Positions 58,807 through 64,000 of a stretch of 64,000 nucleotides of DNA are shown here, in pieces. Source of the stretch: a virus; IMG/VR virus record IMGVR_UViG_3300015371_000029, positions 2,438-66,437 of that record; one strand, 5' to 3'. Within the stretch, counting starts at the first letter, position 1. Each line of letters starts with the position of its first letter. The notes beneath the pieces are model-generated. The model made no database searches, had not been told where the DNA came from, and worked only from the letters and a program-made list of their open reading frames with translations. A program made the translations under genes and the position numbers.

Positions 58807-59332
58807 TGTCGTACCCAACCTCCCCTGGTTCGGTGCCGTAGAACGGCATCCCCTGCATTCGCTTCTGGAAGACCATGCAGATTCTAGCCGTATGGTGCGG
58901 ACGCAGTACGACCACGATCCGCAGCGTGTGGTTGCAGCGTGGCGGACGGCCTGGCTCCTTATCGCCGTACACCACGAGCCAGCCACCTTCCCTCAGAACT
59001 CGCACCGCCTCAGTGGTGTACTGCCCTTTGTTGAGCTTTGGGGTGCCATAGAGCAGCTCGGATTGAGCGTCGCTGTAGGGAGGGTCGAGGATGACGCAGT
59101 CGTAGGAGTCGTCTTCGAATGGCAAGTCATGGGCGTCCGCAACGATGTCCGCCCCAACGTCTTCGCGCAGGTCCATAATCTTCCCATAGTCAGCCATGCC
59201 TCCAAATGGTTGTAGAACCTCTTGTGGATATCCCAAGAGCTTGATCAGGTTGTCTTCGAAGTGGAGCGGGAACGCCCCTTTGTACTTCGACTTTGCCACA
59301 CGAGGTAGCGTCCAGACAATTGTGCTAATCAT
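58793..59332 (-). CDS. small SAM-dependent amino-methyltransferase-like protein
   Basis: QPFGG, ADAHDLPF, VILDPPY motif. Confidence 0.65.
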   Translation of the reverse strand: MISTIVWTLPRVAKSKYKGAFPLHFEDNLIKLLGYPQEVLQPFGGMADYGKIMDLREDVGADIVADAHDLPFEDDSYDCVILDPPYSDAQSELLYGTPKLNKGQYTTEAVRVLREGGWLVVYGDKEPGRPPRCNHTLRIVVVLRPHHTARICMVFQKRMQGMPFYGTEPGEVGYDNGAT

Positions 59333-59843
59333 GGTATTGTTCAGCCCTTCGCTTGACCTCTGCATTTAGGTGGGCATTGTGGCAGAAGTGCATCAGGTCG
59401 TTGATGTCCTCGGTGATGAGATCGAACATCCCGTACATCAGCTCTGGCTGGAGTGGCTCCGTCACGTACAGGGCGACCGGCTTGCCATGCCCTACTGCCC
59501 ACCCTGCCTCTAGGTGCGCGTTCTTGCCGCAGGGCAGAAGCAGCACAACGGCGTCGGCTGCCTCCAGGTGCGACATGTCGCGAAGGAACCCTGCCTGCGC
59601 ACGCTTATGCCGGAGAGCATTCGCGAAGACCCAGCCCGGTATGGGGTCTGTCCAGTGACTGACCTTCAGGTCGGCTACAGACTTCTCCTCGCCGTTGATA
59701 AAGAAGGTCATCGTATTGAATACATCCGACCAGTGGAAGCCTTCTTCATCCCGCCAGTTGTAGTACGGCAACGCCCACTGCTCTAGGCAGTCGAGGATGC
59801 CTTCGTAGCGAGGGTTCCTCCAGCTGCTAGCGACGTAGATCAT
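59325..59843 (-). CDS. nucleoside 2-deoxyribosyltransferase-like protein
   Basis: IYVASSWRN...D..ADAVVLLLPCGKNAHLEAGWAVG. Confidence 0.75.
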   Translation of the reverse strand: MIYVASSWRNPRYEGILDCLEQWALPYYNWRDEEGFHWSDVFNTMTFFINGEEKSVADLKVSHWTDPIPGWVFANALRHKRAQAGFLRDMSHLEAADAVVLLLPCGKNAHLEAGWAVGHGKPVALYVTEPLQPELMYGMFDLITEDINDLMHFCHNAHLNAEVKRRAEQYHD

Positions 59844-60151
59844 GGTAGCTCACCTGCAACTTCGTACATGATCTCTAGACCGCACATCGCGGCGACGAGA
59901 TGTTCGCAACGAGCACCGGCGCTCCGCTCCCAGCCCTCTAGCATGTAGGCCGCGTCGCAGTCGAGCAGCATACCGATGTCTGCCTTCATGTACTCTTCGT
60001 AGGTCGGCTCTCCTGACTTCTTCAGGATCACGACCTCGCAGGGGTTGACCGGGGTGTAGCCGTTCCGAGCGAGTAGTTCGCAGGCTCGATCAAAGTGAAC
60101 CAGATACTCGGGATAGTCCTTGATGCGTCCGCTGACGTAGATCCGCTTCAT
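59840..60151 (-). CDS. DUF4406 (NDT-like) protein
   Basis: IYVSG..F..GYTPVNP..YMKADIGMLLDCD..GWERSAGARCE. Confidence 0.8.
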   Translation of the reverse strand: MKRIYVSGRIKDYPEYLVHFDRACELLARNGYTPVNPCEVVILKKSGEPTYEEYMKADIGMLLDCDAAYMLEGWERSAGARCEHLVAAMCGLEIMYEVAGELP

Positions 60152-61212
60152 GACGGCCGATCCTCGTCAGTCGTCGTGATGCCGGCCCAGGGGTTCGCGA
60201 GCCATTCCTGGGGCTGAATGCCGTCGAGCATTTCTCCGTCCGGCATGCAGAACGTGCCATCCTCCCAATCGTGGCCGTCCCACTTATCGGGAGGCACGCC
60301 CATTGCCGCGAGAGAATTGACGCGATGACGGATTGAACAACCCCGGTCGAGTTTCCCCATGAAGACGCACTTCCCGGCCTGGTAGCAGACCGGCGTAAAC
60401 GTTTGCGGCAGAGGCTGAGAAACTCTCGCCCACTGCCAAGCGCCGTCGCGCGGGTGGATGCCCAAGGAATCACTCGGGTGCCAATAGGTGCTAACGTGGC
60501 TACGGATCACCTTGACAATCCCGATAGCGACCGAGCGCCATTCGAACTGCGCCTGGGTGCAGAGCCGCTTCCCCATCTCGGTGACGAGGTTGCGAAAGTT
60601 CGTCTTGTAGTTCAGTCGCGTCGTCACGCAATGAGGCAGAAGTCCACGAGCATCCTCGGCAGGAACGCCCATACCGATCAGAGTCTCGTATGCCTGCTCG
60701 GCCTGCTCCAAGCCTTCCAAGAACTTCACGAGCGCATCAGCATCACTCGCGATTGTGGGCGGAATCGCTGCTTCCTGGGCGATGCCACGCTTGACAGCGA
60801 AGCGAAGCGACTCCTGCGCATAGACGGCAGTACGCTGCCTCACCATCTGGTGGGTGAAGGCGCGGGTGACGCCCTCGATGAAGAAGTGGAGATCGATGAA
60901 CTCCCAGGCTGCCTTCAGGTGCGTCCGGAGGGATTCCTCCCAATACTCCACGCGCTCTTCATCCGTGATGTGGCTGAGATCGTAGGTCGGCTTGCCGGCA
61001 TACATCCGGAAGGCCGAAGCGACGACGCCGAGCGGATCCGGTGTCGCACTGAGAAGGAAGACCTGTGGAGTCACGCGCGACTTAGCCTCATCCCTCTTCA
61101 TCGGCGTAGCCTCGAACATCGCTGCGTCGCCGTAATGGATGAGATCCTTGGATTGTTCGTGATCCTGGCGATCAAGGCGGTCGAATGTGTCCTGTTCGCG
61201 TTCGGCGCTCAT
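60148..61212 (-). CDS. thyX: FAD-dependent thymidylate synthase ThyX-like
   Basis: EGVTRAFTHQMVRQR...QESLR; EDARGLLP; RLCTQAQFEWR. Confidence 0.8.
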   Translation of the reverse strand: MSAEREQDTFDRLDRQDHEQSKDLIHYGDAAMFEATPMKRDEAKSRVTPQVFLLSATPDPLGVVASAFRMYAGKPTYDLSHITDEERVEYWEESLRTHLKAAWEFIDLHFFIEGVTRAFTHQMVRQRTAVYAQESLRFAVKRGIAQEAAIPPTIASDADALVKFLEGLEQAEQAYETLIGMGVPAEDARGLLPHCVTTRLNYKTNFRNLVTEMGKRLCTQAQFEWRSVAIGIVKVIRSHVSTYWHPSDSLGIHPRDGAWQWARVSQPLPQTFTPVCYQAGKCVFMGKLDRGCSIRHRVNSLAAMGVPPDKWDGHDWEDGTFCMPDGEMLDGIQPQEWLANPWAGITTTDEDRPS

Positions 61213-61529
61213 AGCTCCCCCTTCAGGATGCGCGCCGCGAAGATCGCGTAGTTGATGATGTCCGGGATCTCTTCCAGGATGTCAATTGCCGGCGGGTCGG
61301 TGCCCTCGCGCTCCGCGTACTCCAGTGCCTGGAAGACCCGCTCGACCTTGATCTTGGCCTGACGGATCTGATCCATGGCGGAGTATTGCTTCCAGAGACC
61401 GTGTCGGATCCGCTCGCGATCCATGTGCACATCGACGGCGTTCTGGACGATCCTTTGGTAGGCCGCTGCGTCTTGAAGGGTGATCGCGTCCTCATCGAAG
61501 TCGAGGACAAAATCTGGCTTTGTACTCAT
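61209..61529 (-). CDS. helical nucleotide-modification-associated / MazG-like protein
   Basis: C-terminal ILEEIPDIINYAIF. Confidence 0.5.
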   Translation of the reverse strand: MSTKPDFVLDFDEDAITLQDAAAYQRIVQNAVDVHMDRERIRHGLWKQYSAMDQIRQAKIKVERVFQALEYAEREGTDPPAIDILEEIPDIINYAIFAARILKGEL

Positions 61530-62299
61530 CGTAGCCTCCTAGCTGTTTCGATCAGGGTTTTGTCGTAGGCATCGTTCAGGAGTACGCCGTGTTTCCATTG
61601 CGCCCAACGACCGACTCGCACCACGTTCGGATGGCAGTCACAATCTGTACTGCCCGCCTTCGTACCCTGCTTTACGTTGAGATCGTCCTGCCAGTCAAGC
61701 GGCGGCTTCGTCGTCTCAATCGAACAGACGCCGCTGAGGATCGACCAGCGGTACCAGTGATCCGCCGGCATCCCGTTGTAGATCACGAGATCCTTGTTAC
61801 GATCAACGTAAGGAACCGGCAGGGTTTGGATCCAGTACGGAGATCCCTCGAAGTTGTGCTCTTCATTCTCGCAGATCTCCTGAGCAGGCAACGTCGTGAT
61901 CACAAGATCGAATAGCTGCTGGATCACGCGCAATTCGTCGGCGTTGATCCAGGTGCTCTCGATCCTGTGCTGATGCTTGTTCCAGGCGCTGTCGTAGGCC
62001 CGGATTACGTTCCAACTCGGATAGAGCGTGCTGTAGGCATCCCAGCCGGTGTTCCTCGTGGCGTCGTCATAGACCTTCTCTGCGTACCCCTCGGCCGTTC
62101 CCATCCTGACGTACTGTACAAGATTGTCGGGGTAGACAGGGCAGAGATCAGGGATCGGCTTGTGCAGATACTGCGAGCCAGGGATGGTTGACTTCACCTT
62201 GCGGCTGAAGATCACCGGCTGGTGTCCCAACGAAGCGACAGCTTCGGCCGCGAACAGGCCCGCAGGCCCGCATCCGAGTATCGCTACTGGCTGACCCAT
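61526..62299 (-). CDS. FAD/NAD-binding oxidoreductase-like protein
   Basis: VAILGCGPAGL Rossmann motif; VGRWAQWKH. Confidence 0.7.
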   Translation of the reverse strand: MGQPVAILGCGPAGLFAAEAVASLGHQPVIFSRKVKSTIPGSQYLHKPIPDLCPVYPDNLVQYVRMGTAEGYAEKVYDDATRNTGWDAYSTLYPSWNVIRAYDSAWNKHQHRIESTWINADELRVIQQLFDLVITTLPAQEICENEEHNFEGSPYWIQTLPVPYVDRNKDLVIYNGMPADHWYRWSILSGVCSIETTKPPLDWQDDLNVKQGTKAGSTDCDCHPNVVRVGRWAQWKHGVLLNDAYDKTLIETARRLR

Positions 62300-62410
62300 T
62301 CGATTTTCAGATCCAGAGCCTCAGTTGTCGGTTCGATCCCCAGAGGCCGCTGTCGAGCAGTTGCTGCGTGCTCATGAGAAGGTTCTCGATCTTCCACCAG
62401 ACGCAGATCT

Positions 62411-62799
62411 TCATTGAACGTCACCACCCTTTTCCGAGTCGAACCTACGATGACAAGGAATGCATAGCTCCCTGTAGTCGTTTGGTCGTCCAGGTACTTC
62501 CCTGAGATGTTTGCGAATTCTGTTCCCGGCTTGATTCTCCCATCCTTGTACCGAAACGATGACGGAGTTGCGCCGCATTCCTCACAAACTCCAGTCCGAA
62601 GCTTGCTCTTGTTTGCACGACGATGTCTAGCTGACTTCGTGGGACTTGGATTTCTGGCCATCAGGGATTTCCGGTGATTCTCAATATGTTGGGGCGTTTT
62701 TGTGATGCCCGAGAGACCCCTGGAAATATTCGCCCGGTGTTCAGCAGTCTTCGGCCTCCCTGTGTGCCCGTGCACCCATATCCCGTTGACTCTTATCAC
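62411..62799 (-). pseudogene. frameshifted NUMOD3/HNH endonuclease
   Basis: KTAEHRANIS, CEECG, EFANISGKYLDD, then DYRELCIPCHRRFD continues in another frame at ~62485. Confidence 0.7.
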
Positions 62800-63077
62800 T
62801 CAAAAACTCCTGTCGCATCAGCCCTTCCCGAAATCACTCCGACCAGGAAGAAATGGAAGAGGAGCGTGTTGATAGCAGGCTCGATCCTCGGATCCATTGC
62901 CTTCCATGCTCGGTCGTGGTGTTTCCTTAGCGTGTTGATTCGATGCTGCAAGAACACGTCGAAGGCATCTCCGTCGATCTCCAGGCTGCGCATCTGCCTC
63001 GGTGCGTCGTTCGCGGAGACGCCGTAGATCATCTGCAACACCCGTTCGGATCGTTCGATTTGCTCTGCACCAATCAC
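62796..63077 (-). CDS. hypothetical protein
   Basis: GTGA coupling. Confidence 0.55.
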   Translation of the reverse strand: MIGAEQIERSERVLQMIYGVSANDAPRQMRSLEIDGDAFDVFLQHRINTLRKHHDRAWKAMDPRIEPAINTLLFHFFLVGVISGRADATGVFE

Positions 63078-64000
63078 CAGCTTCTCTCCCGCAAAAGTTT
63101 GTGTAGCGTAGGCTCCACGCGGATCGTGCCCTGAGACATTCGGAGCATCCCCGCGCTGAACAGTTTGTTGATGATCCCGTTGGCCTCCTCTCTTGAGACA
63201 TTAAGGATACCTTCCAAGTCCTGCCGCACGAACCCGCCGTTGCTCTTGATGAAGCGGGCTAGCTCGCGGTTCGATTGAAGATAGGTTCGTATGTCGCCTT
63301 CGAAAGACTGCGCCCTGCTCCGGATTGATAGCAGCTCCTGAGAACGTTCCGCGTAGCCGAAGACTGCCATTCCGTACAGATGATCAAGCATCCGTACCGC
63401 ATCCCGAACGTGTTTGGCATTGATGATGACCTTCTCGTGGTTCGCATCGGTGCTGAATGTCCGGGCGGCGAGAGCTGCCGAGATCCGCGCAATCTTGAAG
63501 CGAACATCGGCTGCCTGAATCAACGGCGGATCCTCGATGTAGCGACCTCCCATTTCGACCGCCGACTTCAGGATCATCTGTTCCGCTCCTGGCGTCCAGA
63601 CAATCTGGTCGGTCTTCCGCGTCCAGGCCCACATCAGGAGCGTATGACAGGCCTCCGACGTGTAACGTAGCTGGCCGATGTCCTGGATCTTGTTGATCCT
63701 CGTGGACTCTACGTCATCAATCGCCATCGCCATCACGAGATCGAAGCGGGCAATATCCTCGTTGTTCCCGATTAGCGGCGGTAGTGCCTGAACGCCGTAG
63801 GTGAAGTCGTTCATCTTCGCGTTCCTCGGGTTGCTGAGCCAAAGCTGCCGAGTACGGGCAGGCGTAACTTCCTGCTGGATCTTGGTCAGGCGCGCCACGC
63901 CGCTCGTACGAACGTCTGACATCTTGGAGATGTCGTCGCAGCTAAGCCCGCTTACCTCATCGATCACGATCAGCCGCCGGTCGTTCAATGGAACGAGACC
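63074..64000 (-). CDS. MCM-like AAA+ helicase (5' end outside the window)
   Basis: Walker B LIVIDE, ARTRQLWLSNP, arginine-finger ARFDL, C-terminal winged helix. Confidence 0.7.
   Translation of the reverse strand, partial: GLVPLNDRRLIVIDEVSGLSCDDISKMSDVRTSGVARLTKIQQEVTPARTRQLWLSNPRNAKMNDFTYGVQALPPLIGNNEDIARFDLVMAMAIDDVESTRINKIQDIGQLRYTSEACHTLLMWAWTRKTDQIVWTPGAEQMILKSAVEMGGRYIEDPPLIQAADVRFKIARISAALAARTFSTDANHEKVIINAKHVRDAVRMLDHLYGMAVFGYAERSQELLSIRSRAQSFEGDIRTYLQSNRELARFIKSNGGFVRQDLEGILNVSREEANGIINKLFSAGMLRMSQGTIRVEPTLHKLLRERSW

Noticed and set aside
1-64000. tRNA genes, integrase, reverse transcriptase/DGR
   Set aside because: No cloverleaf, recombinase or RT motifs recognised by eye; a tRNAscan/HMM run would be needed to exclude them

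Overview
A ~64 kb piece of a high-GC tailed phage with a contractile tail, most likely infecting an actinobacterium. It has four zones. (1) 1-15.2 kb: a leftward array of ~35 small early/accessory genes, almost all preceded by a conserved two-hairpin leader ending in AGGAGGGTRC. (2) 15.2-17.9 kb: a mostly non-coding divergent control or terminus region with mirror-symmetric motifs and two blocks lacking CAG/CTG/CAC/GTG. (3) 17.9-52.9 kb: rightward terminase, portal, protease/scaffold, capsid, neck, sheath, tube, frameshifted chaperone, tape measure, baseplate, fibres and lysis genes. (4) 52.9-64 kb: leftward HU, Rpf-like protein, DnaE, a nucleotide-modification-like cluster with ThyX, and an MCM-like helicase. 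The top finding is a stand-alone Cas7/RAMP-like gene (2540-3262, -) followed 4 nt after its stop by a 280-nt array of 55 GGY-NN pentamers (2256-2535). This is a candidate compact RNA-guided system with no CRISPR array or other recognisable cas gene in the window. All calls come from motifs and gene context read by eye; no database searches were run.
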